A stretch of 64,000 bases of DNA, taken from the human T2T-CHM13v2.0 reference genome, Homo sapiens. Below the pieces are notes generated by a model. It saw nothing but the letters and a program-made list of their open reading frames with translations. It made no database searches and was not told where the DNA came from. Positions 1 through 22,735 of this stretch are shown here, piece after piece. Each line of letters opens with the position of its first letter. The first letter of the stretch is position 1. A program made the position numbers and the translations under genes. Location: the NCBI RefSeq assembly GCF_009914755.1, contig NC_060948.1. One strand, given 5' to 3'.

Positions 1-25
1 TGATACTCAATTTTAAAAATGGGTA

Positions 26-319
<294 letters not shown>

Positions 320-1434
320 TTACCTAGTATCAGAAGTGGCATCCCAACACTTTTCCCATATCCTATCTTTTAGAAGCACAACACTAAAGCCATACCAAGA
401 CAGGGGGTCTCTTGTGCCTCCTCATTCTATTTCCAAGAAGTTGCCTGTTGCCTCACTCAAGGATCAGCAAAATAAATATGTGTTGGTTGACTAAATGTAT
501 GTAAATCTGGAATTAAGGCAGGATGCAAGTGCTGGTATCTATGGGATAATAATAATGATGATGAAAATGGTAATGATAACAATTATATAACACTTACTAG
601 GAGCCAGTCATTGTTCTAAACATTTTATATCTTTACTCTTCTAATCCCCACAAGAGTCCTGTGAGGGAGTTAGTACATTATTCAGATTTTGCAGATGAGA
701 ACAATGAGAAACAACAAGGTTGAGTCACAGGCTTAAAGTCACCCTACTAGATGCCTTGAATTTGTGATGTGAACTCCCAGAGGTTTTCACTCAATATCTG
801 TAAACTTAACCAATACCAACTCTCATGAATAGAGCAAGATTCTAAGATATTTTAATAGTAAATAAACAACTCAAAAATATAAATGTTCTTAGCTGCCCTA
901 ATATAAATACAACATTTAAATAAATACTGTTTCACTTTAAAGAATTTCCCCTTTAGAAAATTTAAAAGAAAACAAAAACAATCAAAGTCACACATACAAG
1001 GAACTCTATGAAACTTTCCCTTCACACCTCCAAATGAGGCAAGTCCACTGAGATCCTGTGATATGTGTTTCTCATGTCCTTTGCTTCCCTTTTCTAACTA
1101 TAGCAATTTGTCCCATCTTAGTATCTCTCAGAAGTTAATCTATAACTCTTTTTGTCCTTTATATGGGAGACAGAGAATTTTGTTAAGAAAGTACCAGAGT
1201 ATCTAGTCAATCTTGGGGAAAGTAGGGCAGATTGGCTTAAAGTTCAACATTGAGAATCTGTGGTCTGTGGTCTATCTCCTGGAACAAACATTTTATTACT
1301 TTTAAAACATTAGCTAGTGAGTTAATCTGCTGAAGCTTCAGTTTCCTCCATCTGAATGTTGCTGTGACATTTAGTTCTCAAAATGCACCTATAAACCCCC
1401 CAGCAACTAAACATAGAGTGACTAAATGACATAG

Positions 1435-1935
1435 AAATACCACTCCAGAGTTATATACCCCAAAAGATTTAAAGACAGAAACTCAGATACTTGTAAGCCA
1501 ATGCCCTTTGCAGCAGCATTCACAATGACCAGAAGGTAGACAAAACCCTCATATCTATAGACAGACAAATGGATAAACAAATTGTGTTGTTTATGCAGTG
1601 GAATATTATTCAGCCATAAAAAGGAAGGGAGCTCAGATATCTTTTACAACATAGATGAGCCTTGATGACATGCTAAATGAAATAAGTCAACCACAAAAGG
1701 ACACATATTGTCCAGTTCCACTTATATGAGGTACCTGGAGTAGTCAAATTTATAGAGACAGAAAGTACAATAATGGGTGCCAGGTGCTGGGGGAGGGGAA
1801 AAATGAACAGTTACTGTGTTATGGGTACAGAATGATAAAACTATTTTTCAAAATAGAGAGTGGTGTTGGCTGCATCACAGTGTAAACATAATTAATGTCA
1901 CCGAATTGCACTCTTAAAAGTGGTAGAAAATGCTA
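1435..1935 (+). mobile_element. Old L1 (L1MA/MB-like) 3' end fragment
   Basis: Motifs atggataaacaaattgtg, ggaatattattcagccataaaaagga and tagtcaaatttatagagacagaaagta, typical of L1M 3' UTRs. Confidence 0.8.
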
Positions 1936-2658
1936 TATATAAAATTAGCAATTTCAAACCCTTATATGTATATATTTATTTTATATTATTTATTATATAG
2001 TGTTATATAAAATATGATTGTATATATAATTTAAATAAAACTAGATCCACCTAAGCATGTCATCAATTGCAGTTGTTAACATTCCTAAATGTAGGTGGAC
2101 AATCCATATGATACTAAAAAACGAGGGTGAAAAATGGCTAAGAAGAGCAATGAATTATTTAAATGAATGTTAATTAAACATCTGGGTTAGAGATGTCACC
2201 CAATAATGGCTCATTTTGCTGTGGTCTTACACAGTAAAGAAAAGCATGGTTCTTAAGTCATAAAATGCACTTGTTCTCCTGGCCCACCTAAGCCCCTGGT
2301 TTTATGACAGCAAGAGAAGTACAGCCAGCCAGGTGTGCTGGAAAGACATTGCATGAATAAATTACAGTGTGTTGCTTATTGGGACTTTTGTCAGAAGGAA
2401 GACCAAACATGAAGGAGGGAAGTGAATTTAAAAGGTTCCAACTGTGTTGTTGGTCTTTTCCATGAACTTAAAAGTGGCTTAACTGGAGTCATGTTCGTTG
2501 CTTCCTAAGTGGGCCAGGGATGTTAGCACCTCTCTTTCTCCACTTTGGCTGCATGATTGAATCATCTAGAAAGATTTTGCAAAGCCTCATGTCTAAGCTC
2601 ATCCAGGACCAGTTAAGCCACAGTCATAGGGATTAAAAGCCCGTCCTTAGTATTTTTA

Positions 2659-3062
<404 letters not shown>

Positions 3063-4291
3063 AATGATGCTATATGCAGCCATCATTGAGAATTGCCATA
3101 GTCGATGCCAATAATGTCAAGTTGCTGGGTGATAAACTCAAAATCTACTTAAATATTTTAATTGTAAAAATAATCTCAAAATCTGTTATGTGACATTAAA
3201 TCCAGTTACATTTAAGTCACCTACCAAAGAAAAAATAAAATAAAAGTCCTTTTCCAATGCTAGCTTTAATATTGTTTTGTTTTGGGAGCTGGAGATTAGA
3301 ACCTGTTTAATTTGAAAATAGTGTAAGTTATATTTTCTTGTAAGTATATGTCACACAATTCAGGGTTCAGATCTTAAATTTTTGTAACTCTTCAGACTTT
3401 TATAAAAATCCAGGAATTTATTTCATTATAAAAAAATTGTTCAGTCTTGATTGATTCTTTTTTTATGTCCAATTTATCAGCATGTTTCCTTAAGTGTTGT
3501 TGCATCCAACCAAATCACTCTTCACAGAGTCCCTTTACTTTTTATTGCTACATCCTGCCTATGGGATACTTAAGCATCACTCCAAGGCCCTGTGGTCTGT
3601 AGAGATCCAAAGGGTAGGCCTACTGTTGATTTATATAGCAGTACTTGAAATGATAAACTTCCTGCCATAACTAAATTGGGCACTAGTTATTTTGTATCCA
3701 ATTATGCCCTTACTTGAAACCAATGGATTTTCTAGATAGAGGAACTTTGGCAAATCATGTTATATTATGAATCTCTTGTTCCAGTGTCTGACATATATGA
3801 GAATTTGATGTGGGAGTAGAAAAGAAAAATCTACAATGTATGATTTCTCTGCTCTCTGGAAGTAAAAGTCCAATGTATAAAGTTAGACAAATTGCACATT
3901 TATGAGTGGAGGGACTTTGTCCTCTGAGATAGAGGGCTGAATAGAAAAAGAAGAAAGATTGACAGAGATAGAAGAAAGAGGAAAGAGACAGCAAGAGAAA
4001 AAGGAGGAGGAGGAAGAGGAGTGGAGACAAAGAGAACAGGTGATCCAGTGGAATTCTTACACTTAGTACACAGTGTAAATAACCACATGCTGAAGGAAAG
4101 TGAACAGATAAAAGAGAGAAGCAACTCTAATTCAAAAACAACATTGAACTTAGGAAGCACAGTTAATTGAGTAAGTTATAAAGTTTATCAGAAATATATG
4201 AATGATCCTCAAATGTTTGATGTGATGTTACCTTCCTTAAATAAATAGTATTTTAAAAATAATCTAAAGATTTAAAAATTTGTCCTGAGTC

Positions 4292-4322
<31 letters not shown>

Positions 4323-4362
4323 ACAAGAAAAAAGAGTAAAATGGAGTGTAAGTTTTTGCTGA

Positions 4363-4646
<284 letters not shown>

Positions 4647-5278
4647 CTAGAAGGAGAAACTAGAATGTACAGTGGGGGTTAATTATTAGAGAATCAAATA
4701 ATATGCACTTCTGTAAAAATAAAGAAAAACATAAGGAATGGACTTAGTGTCTAGCATGATAAATATCTAAACAAATAAGCAAATCATATTGTTGTAGAAT
4801 TTCATAAATAGTGGAAAAACAGGTCCTCATATTGGAAAATTATCTACAAAACCACAAAATCAAATTGTCATTATATTTATTTTCTATGACACTACTAGCA
4901 TCTACGATGATGGAAAAATATGTTTAAAAAATTAAGGCAAAATAAAATATGGCAATGATAGTCCTTATTTTTTTCAAATTATTGATAACATTAAATAGTT
5001 TAATAATTTAAGGTATTTTAGTTTCCTACTACAGAATAAATCAAAGTAAATTCTCTGTCTCTCTCTCTCTCAAACACATACACAAACACTTTATTATTTT
5101 AGATCTATTAAATAACTCAATATGAAAACATTGAATATATAAAAATAATGAAAAAAGATGATATGTTATAATCTTTAAGATAGAGGAACTCCTCTTTTAA
5201 AACGCTTCAATAAAAAAACTACTCACTAAAATATTGAATCATTTGGTTACCTCAACATTAAAAATTCACAATAAACTA

Positions 5279-5618
5279 CAGTTATATGTTGCTTAACATC
5301 AGAGCTCTCTTCTGATAAATGTGACATTAGGCAATTTCATCATGTTTGTGTGAACATGACAGAGTGTACTTACACAAATCTAGGTGGTATAGCCTACTAC
5401 ACACCTTGCCTATATGGTACAGCCTATTGCCCGGAGGCTACAAACCTATGCAAAATGTTACTATACTGAATATTGTAGGCAACCATAACACAGTGATAAA
5501 TATTTGTGTATCTAAACACAAAAAAGTTACAGTAGAAACATGGTTTCATAATCTCATGGGAAGAGTGTGGAATTGTGGCTATTCAATGACTAAAATATTG
5601 TTATGCAGTACATGACTG
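5279..5618 (+). mobile_element. Tigger3a/MER7A-like DNA transposon (TcMar-Tigger)
   Basis: Terminal inverted repeats cagttatatgttgcttaac ... gttatgcagtacatgactg flanked by TA on both sides; internal agagtgtacttacacaaatctaggtggtatagcctactac. Confidence 0.85.
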
Positions 5619-6531
5619 TATATCCAGAATTTGTGTTTAAAAACCTCCTCACAACACAAAGGAAACCACTAATGAAAAAAATTATCAAAAGATTTGATCA
5701 ATTTATTCAGGATTGCAAAAATACAAATTAAATACTAAATACTAATTAACCTTATTACTAATAAGGGAAGCACAATTTTCTCTCATCATATTAGCAAACA
5801 CTTCAAAAGTTTGATAAAAATCAGGCCTGGAGTAGGGAGTTTAGTGCTCAGTATGAATGTAAATTTCCTGAATTTTTTTAGGTTAATTTGGCAGAAGCTA
5901 TTACAATAAAAAAAAATCAGTCTGTGATTTAGCAATTCTACTTCTCATGGCTCATTTTAGAAAAACATGCATCAAGAAGCATGTGCAAGGATGTGTTCCG
6001 TGGCTTTTCTTCTAACAGTACAGAGCTTGGAAGGACATAGACACCCACAGGAAGCACAGTGATAATATATGCAGTTAGACAGATGGATAAATGAATAGAT
6101 AATGGATAGAGTTAGTGTAGATGAATAAATGGATATATATATAGTTAGATGTTAAAGAGATGGGTGGAAGGATGTATAGACAGATAAAAGATACATATAG
6201 AGATATACATTAGATAGATCAATAGAAATTTATAACTACATAAATGCTGCTCCAGCATGAGACATATCAAATTGATAGTGGCGTTTACTTTTAGAGAGGG
6301 AATTATAGTTGGACATGATTATTCAGTGTATCTTAGTATTATCTGTATTTTGGAAACTTTCAAAAACAGAATCGATCCATGTATTACTTGCTAAATTAAA
6401 AGTTTACTTTGATAAAGATCATACTTGATCAAGTCCACCATGAAAAAAAAAAAAAACTTACATCAAATCTATGAGGATTTATGTGCTGCATAAGCAAAAC
6501 TTAGGAACTCTGCAATGGAGAGAGACTCAAT

Positions 6532-6896
6532 CTGTTAGACTGGGATCTGCAGAGAAACAGAACCAAAGAAGTTTCTTGGGAGGCATGGGTTCATGTGACT
6601 GTAGCGGCTGGCACACCCAAAAGCTATAGGGCAAGGCTTCTGGCTGGGGATTCAGGAATGAAGTGATGCTGCAGTCTTGAGGCGGAATTTCTTATTGTTC
6701 ACAAAACCTGTTTTTGCTCTTAAGGACTTTCAACTATTGTTGATGAGACTCACTCCCATTATCCTCTTAAAGTCAACCGATTGTGGTTGTTAATGACATC
6801 TACAAAATACTTTCACAGCCAAAGCTATGCTAATGTTTGATTAAGGAGCTAAGTGCTATGGCCATGTCGAACTGATACATAAAACTAATGTCTCAT
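6532..6896 (+). mobile_element. MLT2-like ERVL LTR
   Basis: cagagaaacagaaccaa near the start and gaactgatacataaaactaa near the end. Confidence 0.6.
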
Positions 6897-7936
6897 GCAG
6901 CGTACTCCTGCTCCAGTAAAGCACTGATGATTCCAGATTGGGGCATAACGAATTAGAATCTCCATAGCACCAAGATGATCTGATTCCCATTGTTTCCGTT
7001 TTATTCTCTTTGAACACAGCTGCGATTACAGCATCAACACTCCAATTATTTTGAATATGTGTAAAGTTCACGGAAGGACATTTTGTTGGGTATGCACCTC
7101 TCCTCCACGTTTAATTTCTGTGTGAGTTCTCTCTTCCCTTCCACTCACGGTGGCATCTGAGGAAGTGCAGGGTTAAGAACAAAGTCAGTTTTTTAGACTT
7201 GCAACCTGGAAGTCAGAACCAGGACCCTGGAGACATCATTAAGATATTATCATTTTTATGTGGATCCTTGGATGCCAATCATGCTTCAATTACAACATGC
7301 TTCAAGAAACTCACTTATATCACCACTTGAGACATGGAGGCAGATTATGTCCTCCTACTAAGTAGTTAAATCTTACTTGTTAACATGGAAATGTTAATAT
7401 TCCCAGAAAAAAAACTTATTTGATACTTGAGAAATTAATTCCTTAAATTTTTCTCTTTTTTTTTTGTTTCAACATTTAACCATTCATGTCTGATCCTTCT
7501 TATCTCAGTTTTGAATGATTTAGTCTGCAACCCCATGACACCACTTTTTGTGAATTCGTGCTACTTTGAAATTTCTCTACAGTACGCAAATGACACACCA
7601 CAATTCAACATTTTATCACTAGATTTCTGAGAAGAGCCACGTCATTGACAGATAGACCCTACCACCTGATTTTTATATATTTTTTAAAATTGGTGAAATT
7701 TGAATTATTTTTATTTTTTCTTAGTTTGCATTGATACTTTTATAATAAGAGTATTCTCCTCTTAGACATACTACCTGATATTGACATAGGTTAATGTCAT
7801 ACTACCTGATGTTGATATAGGTTTATGTTTCAACCTTGAACAAGAGTCAAGAGTAAATTTTCAAATTTTGATTATTTCATAAAACAGATATATTAGTGCA
7901 ATAATATTTCCTTTTCAAATGGCAGGGAACAAATCA

Positions 7937-12550
<4,614 letters not shown>

Positions 12551-13776
12551 TATGATTTCTTGATATAAGCAGAAAATAATTGCAGCGTTCTGAAACAAAT
12601 AATTGCAGAGTTCTGAAAACTTAGTCTTTAAGGTTTTTGGGGGACGTATTGAAGGTAAGCTCCTTGGAGCCCAAGAAGAGTCAGCTGCCTAATATCTGGA
12701 AGCTTGGCCTTATCTCGAAAGGAATGCCAGACAGGCTAATTACTCCCCTGTAAGAAAGTGAAATTGTTCAATTCCCAAGAGGCTGCTATGCTATTTGTAT
12801 CAGTGAGCTATTTGAGAGTGCCATTAGTATTGGGAAGGCACTTTTGATTTTTACCAGCCCCATACATTCCTCTCTTATCAGCTTCATAATCCAGTCCTTA
12901 TCTCTGATCAGTGGACAGAGAATAACAAAGTCCCAGAGAACAGCCAGCAATGAAAACAATTTATATTCTTCAAAGAAAGTAAAAGTATGTGATTCTATCT
13001 GTACCCTCAGATAGAAGCTTAAATATAAAATTTGTGAAATTGTATAAATCTCCCTTAAATGGCACTGTATTTATCAATTTAGATTGTTTTTAAAAATGGC
13101 CTCTTCAATTAAGGATTTTTTAGGCAGATAATGACCTTCCTATTGCTATTTAGTGGAATTGTAGACTATGACTCAACTATATATACTAAACATAAGACCT
13201 TAAAAGCCCCAAGCATACATTTGAATGGGTTTTTCCCTAAAATATTATAGATTAAACAACAAAAACCAAATAACAACTAATCATCTTTGCCATAGGTATT
13301 CCTGTGGCAGGTATTCCTGCTATATTCAAAGTCAATTTGCTGCCCTTGTAATTCATGGATTTCTCAAAAAGAATAAAATCATATAATATATAATATATAT
13401 TTTCCATTATATCTGTTAAATAAATATTAAATGTTATATGTTACATATGTGTATATATATATTTACACTTAAATATGTTTACCCTAAGGCACTTTTACGG
13501 TAGGAAGTTTCAAATAGAAGAGGTCCTATTTGAAATTAATCATAGATATTTACTTTTATTTTGTCTTCCAAAGCACTATAGACTATTTGATTCTTTCTGA
13601 AGTCATCAATATTATTTTTGTCTAAAGACTTCAGAAAGCCAGATTGTCTCTCAAAAACAATTTATTTCTCGTTTGCTTGCCTGGATATTTTCTAATTCCA
13701 TCCTTAACCTTTTATATCAGTTAAAGTTGATTTTTTTACTTGCTTTTTTGTCTTTCAGATACTAAATTGTACTCAC

Positions 13777-13859
13777 AAAAGAACAGCAGATAATATATGG
13801 AAAGCACAAAGAAAAAACATGTTGAATAGTTTTATGATTACTTTCAGCAATACAAATGG
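13777..13859 (-). pseudogene. Candidate exon (83 bp) of the minus-strand gene relic
   Basis: actttccacag| ... |gtgagt; open in phase 1 to 0 (SICIAESNHKTIQHVFSLCFPYIICCSF) after the 16.9-kb exon. Confidence 0.35.
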
Positions 13860-13877
13860 CTGTGGAAAGTATTTTAA

Positions 13878-14161
13878 GGCTGGGCATAGTGGCTCAGTCT
13901 TGTAATCCCAGGACTTTGGGAAGCTGAGCCTGGTGGATAATTTGAGGTCGGGAGTTGGAGACCAGCCTGGCCAACATGGCGAAACCCTGTCACTATAAAA
14001 ATACAAAAAATTACCCTGGTGTGGTGGCACACATCTGTAATCTTAGGTAGTCAGAACGCTGATGTAGAAGAATCCAGGAGGCAGAGGTTGCAGTCAGGTG
14101 GAATTGTGCCATTTCACTCCACTCCAGAGCGAGACTCTGCCTTAAGAAAAAAAAAAAAAAG
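13878..14161 (+). mobile_element. AluS-like SINE
   Basis: ggctgggcatagtggctca ... gagaccagcctggccaacatgg ... A tail. Confidence 0.9.
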
Positions 14162-15269
14162 AATAAGATTTAGGCTCCAAAGAGCATTCTTGAAATTTTG
14201 AATTAGTAGTTCAGCTTTTTCTTTTAATTGAATTAAAATGGATTAAGATAACTAGATAATACTAAATTTCCAGTCTACTTTGTGTTGTGTAATTGTTCTG
14301 AGACCTTTGTTTCTTGAAGTGTGAAAATAAATTAGTGACAATTGGACTGTGCATAGGCAAATAGCCAAATAAATGTGAAAATATAAATATATATGATGTG
14401 GTTAAGCTCCAGGAGATCAGATTGGTATTGCCACTGATGATTCTCTGAGATGAAAAAGCACAATGAAATTCATGTCATACACAAATTTATACAATAAATA
14501 TTTATGACATGGATGAGTAAGTGAATAAACAAAGACATGACTATTAAGACAAGAATCTTTTCTGGGCCAAAGAGTAATAATGTTCATTGTAAATTAAATG
14601 AAGAGACAAAACTACACACACAAAGGATATATAAATTAAACACACTTTACATCAGTTTTTCAATACAACATTGATGAGGTCCTACATGTGCTTCTTGAAC
14701 TATTTGAAAAAAACTAAACAACCAAGATGCAGTATATCATTGCATCTTATATTGTCCAAAATATCAATGACCTGATACCACTAGGCTAACTTAAATAGAG
14801 ATTCTATTCATACTCTAATGTGGTTAGATTTTCCTTCAATTACTATTTGAAATGTAATTTATTGCTTCATTTTATTTCCTAGTAAATCTTAATCTAGGAT
14901 GTAAGTTTTGATTTTAACTTGGCATGGCCAATATATTGCTAATTACAGAGATATGTGGATAGGATTTTGTCTTTAAAAATCTATAAGGTATATTAATATT
15001 CTGTGAATGATATTTTAAAACACATTACTAAACATAAATGGATTATTAAGTTATATATTGATATAATGCGGTTGGGAAATTTTATTAGATCAATATATGT
15101 TCAAAATACATATGAGTAAAGCTACAATCAAACTAAACAATATGAAGAATTGCATATTGGAAGTATCATTTGGCTTCTCCCCAGAAATAACACAATGTAA
15201 TTACTTTGTTAAGAAATGTTTTAGATAATAATATATTTTCTTTTTTCTTTTCTTATTTTTCTTATTTTT

Positions 15270-15590
15270 CTTTTTTTTTTTTTTTTGAGAAAGAGCCTCA
15301 CTCTGTTTCCAGGCTGGAGTGCAGCGGCATCATCTTGGCTCACTACAACCTCTGCCTCGCAAGTTCAAGCAAGCAATTCTCCTGCCTCAGGCTCCTGAGT
15401 AGCTGGGACTATAGGTGCATGCTTCCACATCCAGCTAAATTTTTTTTTTTTTTTTTTTTTTTGTATTTTAGTAGAGATGGGGTTTCACCATGTTGCCCAG
15501 GGTGGTCTTGATCTCCTGAGCTCAGGCAATCCTCCCACCTCAGCCTCCAAAAGTGCTAGGATTACAGGCATGAGCCACTGCACCTGGCCA
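15270..15590 (-). mobile_element. AluS-like SINE
   Basis: T tail, ccaggctggagtgcagc, expanded middle T run, ggattacaggcatgagccactgcacctggcc. Confidence 0.9.
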
Positions 15591-15897
15591 ATAGCTTATT
15601 TTCAAAGGAGATATTTTCTACTAATTTAAAAAGTGGAATGTCAAAGAGGTACTAGACAAAGCAAGCTCTCTGCAAAAAAAAAAAAAAAAAAAGTAGTTTA
15701 GGAGAGATAATTACTTGAATGATAATCATTATAAAAATAACCACAAATCGTCCAGTACTAGACACTTGGTGATTTCTCAAATATTTGATAGTGAAAACAA
15801 AGCCATTAGATCAGTAAATTCAGTGTTATTAGAATTATTCTTCTCTTAGTACTCAGGAACTGGAAACACTGAATCAAAGATGACTGTGTAAGTTGGA

Positions 15898-16130
15898 AGC
15901 AAAAAAGAAAGGAAGGAAGGAAGGAGAGAAGGAACAAGGGAAGGTAGGAAGGAGGGAGGCAGGGAGGGAGGAAGGGGGGAAGGAAGGAAGGAGGGAAGGG
16001 AGGGAGAAACAGGAGAGAGGGAGGGGGAGAGGGAAAAAGGAAGCGATGGGGTAGGAAGGAGGCAAGGGGTGAAAAACAGAGAAAGGAAGGAGGAAGGACC
16101 AGGGCAGGGAAGGAAGGATGAGGAAGAAAA
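15898..16130. repeat. GA-rich (GGAA/GGGA)n low-complexity tract
   Basis: Direct inspection. Confidence 0.95.
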
Positions 16131-16183
16131 CATGAGCAATAGATGTCAAGAAACAAATTTCTTTTGCATCTTGTTACACCCTG

Positions 16184-16553
16184 TGATATGTTTTGGATGT
16201 GTCTCCACCCAAACCTCATCTTGATTTGTATTTCCCATAATCCTCACATGTTGTGGGAGGATCCCAGTGGAAGGTAATTTAACCATGGGTGTCGTTAACC
16301 AAATGCTGCTGTTCTTTTGATAGTGAGTTCTCATGAGATCTGCTGGTTTTATAAGAGGCTTTTCTCCCTTTTGCTCAGGATTCTCCTTCTTGCCGCCATG
16401 TGAGGGATATGTTGCTTTTCCTTCTACCATAATTGTAAGTTTCCTGAGTCCTCTCCAGCCATGGGGAGCTGTGAGTGAATTAAACTTCTTTCCTAAATGA
16501 ATTACCCAGTCTCGGATATGTCTGTATTAGCAGCTTAAAAATGGACTAACGTA
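16184..16553 (+). mobile_element. THE1-type MaLR solo LTR
   Basis: tgatatgttttggatgtgtctccacccaaa ... tggactaacgta; 5-bp TSD CCCTG at 16179-16183 and 16554-16558. Confidence 0.92.
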
Positions 16554-16862
16554 CCCTGTCTATCATCATTCTTGACTAATGCAATGCACAAGTATTGGAT
16601 AACTTGAAATGACTTCAAGGTGTTCAGTATATGAGAAAAATCTGGATTTTCTCACAAGGACTTTCCTTTGCTAGCTGTGTGACACGGTAATTTCCAGGCA
16701 CCTTTGTCTCTATTTGTTCATCAGTAAGTGGAGGGAAATGATTCCTTCCTGTCCTAATTGATGTGTAGTATAAGTGGCATATTTGCATGGTGCCCAGAAC
16801 AGGTGCTGCCTTTTAATTAGTCCCTTATTTTAGTCCCTTGTATTTTTGGTACTTTTTCTTAC

Positions 16863-16969
16863 ATTTTAGAAATTGTCTTTGATTGAACTTGAATAATACC
16901 CACTTTACAGACTCCTTTTCCCTTCTCAAAGGGCATATTTCTTCTTCTGCCACAGTGGGATATTTATCT
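16863..16969 (-). pseudogene. Candidate exon (107 bp) of the minus-strand gene relic
   Basis: gttttatttag| ... |gtaaga; open in phase 2 to 1: DKYPTVAEEEICPLRREKESVKWVLFKFNQRQFLK. Confidence 0.6.
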
Positions 16970-17272
16970 CTAAATAAAACTGCCCTTGTTTTAAACCCCA
17001 TTGTTGGCAATCAGGTCAGATAATGCAAAAAGGGAGTAACGTGTCAAAAAACAAAAAAACAAACAAACTCAATATTATTGTGGTTTTGTTAGTTTATTTC
17101 TTTAAATGAATTTATTCCATTTCATGAAATAATATTTATCAGTTATAATGTCTGTTACCCACAATTGGTAGCCACAATTGGTACCACAATTTTTTTGCAT
17201 GTAATATTAGAGGAAAGAATAGCTCCATCTCTGCCACATAAATATTTCAAATATTTCAAAATAAACAATTAA

Positions 17273-17552
<280 letters not shown>

Positions 17553-19129
17553 GAAATCATGTATTTTAATTATGTATTCCTGCAAGGAAATATTCAGATT
17601 TGCCTAAAAACTAATAGTCCTCTTTTTCTTTTATTTTCCTATTCCAGCCCAAAATGTTGAAATTATCTATGAATAAACTTAGACCTAAGCAGTCTCCAAA
17701 AGAATTTATATTGTTTACAATTCAATTCAGCTAATGTTTGAGTAACTATGTTCAAAGCGCTGTGCTATGAGATATGTGGAGAAGAAGCCTACATAGTTCC
17801 TGTCCTTCATAGATTTATTTATAGTGAAGGCAGCATACAAGTGATTAATTAAAATTCATTGCAAAAATAGTACTTCTATGCCAGAGATGGTAAAGGCAAA
17901 GAAGTGATTCATTAAACCTTAGAGGACGTGGTTACACATTTTTAGGGATGAGGCGTTTTGTTTCAAAGTTAAAGGCTAATGAAAATTTTAACAGGCTCAA
18001 AACATGGGAAAGAGATTCTAATCTAAAACAATAGCATGAGGCAAGACATAAAACACCAAAATTAAAAACTCATATACCCAACATGCAATTATGTTTTTTA
18101 TGTGAGGAGGTGCAGAAGCAGAATTGTCAGCATTTGATGGACAGAACAGAGGAAGAACTCTGGCTAGAAAGTTGAGTCTCATTCTTAAAATACCTTCATT
18201 GGCATAAGAAAGTAGCCTTGATTTGCAATAGAGAATACTAACCACTATAATTACAATGACTAGTCACTAACATAATTTGTTTTGGAAAAGAGAAAAGAGG
18301 TATAAAGAGAAAGTAAAGCTAAAGAAGAGATGATAAATATAGAAATAAATTACACATTTTATAAAGAAAAAGCATAGATTTTGTTTTTAAAAACTATACC
18401 TTGATAATTATAATTAAAAATAGTTTAAAAATTCAAAGGAAGAACAGTAAATTGGAATGATGTAGTAAAAAAAGGGAAAATGCATTATAAAGGAATTCAC
18501 AAAAAAATGGAGGACAGAGAAAAAGTAGGCACACTGTCAAGCAGAAGTTTAGATAAATATTAACAAATACGTTATGGGATATATCTGTTTGTGTTTGAAA
18601 AGATAGAGTGGTAACATATGAAGAATTAAAGGAAAATATGACTTCTCTGTGCAAAAATATACACCAAACAATCAGATTCAAATATTTAAAAGGCAATACA
18701 ATAAAAAAATAGCTAAAATAAAGGAAAGTAAAGCCAGCTACCGAACAACAGCAACAAAATAACTAATCATAAAGAAATGGCAAGAAGACTGACAGATTCT
18801 TATCAGCATCAGTAGAACCCATATAAAATAGACTCATATTAAAATGTGTTCTAAAAGGAAACTTTCAACCTGTAAGTGTATGCTCACTTAAACTGTCTTT
18901 CAATAATGGTAAAATAAATAATTTGTGGACATACATAATTGAAATATTCACAAAAGAAACTCAATTTTTCATAAAACCTACCAAAATATATACCTTATAT
19001 AAAAACAACAAAACACAGTAATAGGGAAAAGACCCCAAAATTTGTCAAAATATTTTTTTAAGATGCAAGCCACCGAAACATTTCACTCAAAAACTTCACC
19101 AAAGTTTTTCAGGTAATTTAAAGGACACT

Positions 19130-19545
19130 AAATGATTCTTGGCAGCAGTGGTGTTAGGGTGATTCTGAGGCTGCCATTTTGTGAGGAAGCCCAAGCCACA
19201 TGTAAAGCCTGTCTGCACGTGATACTTCCATTGATAGCCCGCTTGAGCCTAGTGTTCGATGTGTTTCGGTCCATATGCATGTCATGTAAATGTCTTGATA
19301 TTATTATTATCATGACATTGATTTACATGATATGTAAATAAAGAAGCCTCCCCCAGATTCTGGCTCCCAGCCATCTGAATTACACATAGCTCTTTGAAAC
19401 TTATCAGCTAAACATCCAGACTCCATGGAACAGAGACAAGCTATTCATATACCTTGACTGAATTATAAAAGCCTGGCAAGGGTTAGCATAATAAAGCGGT
19501 TATTGTTCTGTGCCATGCAGTTCTGGAGTAGTTTGTTATGTGGTG
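19130..19545 (+). mobile_element. Old MLT1-like MaLR LTR
   Basis: tgccattttgtgaggaagcccaagccacatg; catggaacagagacaagc; ggagtagtttgttatg end motif. Confidence 0.6.
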
Positions 19546-19550
19546 ATGGA

Positions 19551-21607
<2,057 letters not shown>

Positions 21608-21765
21608 TAATAGTCAATATCTGCCATTATAGAGAAGTATGCATATTCATGCCATGAGAGTGCAGGTGATGTCAGTGGAAAATGGAATATTTTATACCGG
21701 TTAGTAAAAGGCTTAAATCCCACTAGATTTAACTTTTTTTAAGTTTACATATAAGCCTTATATAA

Positions 21766-22177
<412 letters not shown>

Positions 22178-22224
22178 CACATAGATTTTTCACCTAAAAC
22201 ATAACCTGCTAAAATAATTTATGC

Positions 22225-22735
22225 ATCAGAGTTCTCCAGAGAATCAGAACCAATAGGTTAAATAAAAATATTTTTAATCAAGCATTGACTCGTGGAATTA
22301 CAGAGGGCAAGAAATCCTATGATCTGCTGCTGTCTGCAAGCTGGAGACTCAGGAATGCCAGAGGCATAGTTTGAAGCCTCAGAGTCAGAGATAATGCTGT
22401 AGATTCCAGTCAGAGTCTGATGATCTTTGAACCAGGAGCTTGAAGGCCAGGAGAAGATCTATTTCCTGGATCAAGCTCCCAGGCAGAGGGAGAGCAAACC
22501 TAATCTTCCTCTGTGGTTGTTGTTTTATTCAGGCTTCCAGTGGATTGCATGATGCACCCTCACCTTGGATCAGGCTATCTGCCTTACCTGAATCCAAATG
22601 CTCTTCTTGAAACCATTTCTTGAATGCTTGAAACTCTTCTTGAAACATCCTCCAAGGCATATTGAGACATGTTTAATCAAATATAAGGCCATCCCACTAA
22701 CCAATCAATTTAATATGCAAAATTAACCATCACAG
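22225..22735 (+). mobile_element. MLT2-like ERVL LTR
   Basis: gttctccagagaatcagaaccaatagg ... tctgcaagctggagactcagga ... aaaattaaccatcaca. Confidence 0.8.
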
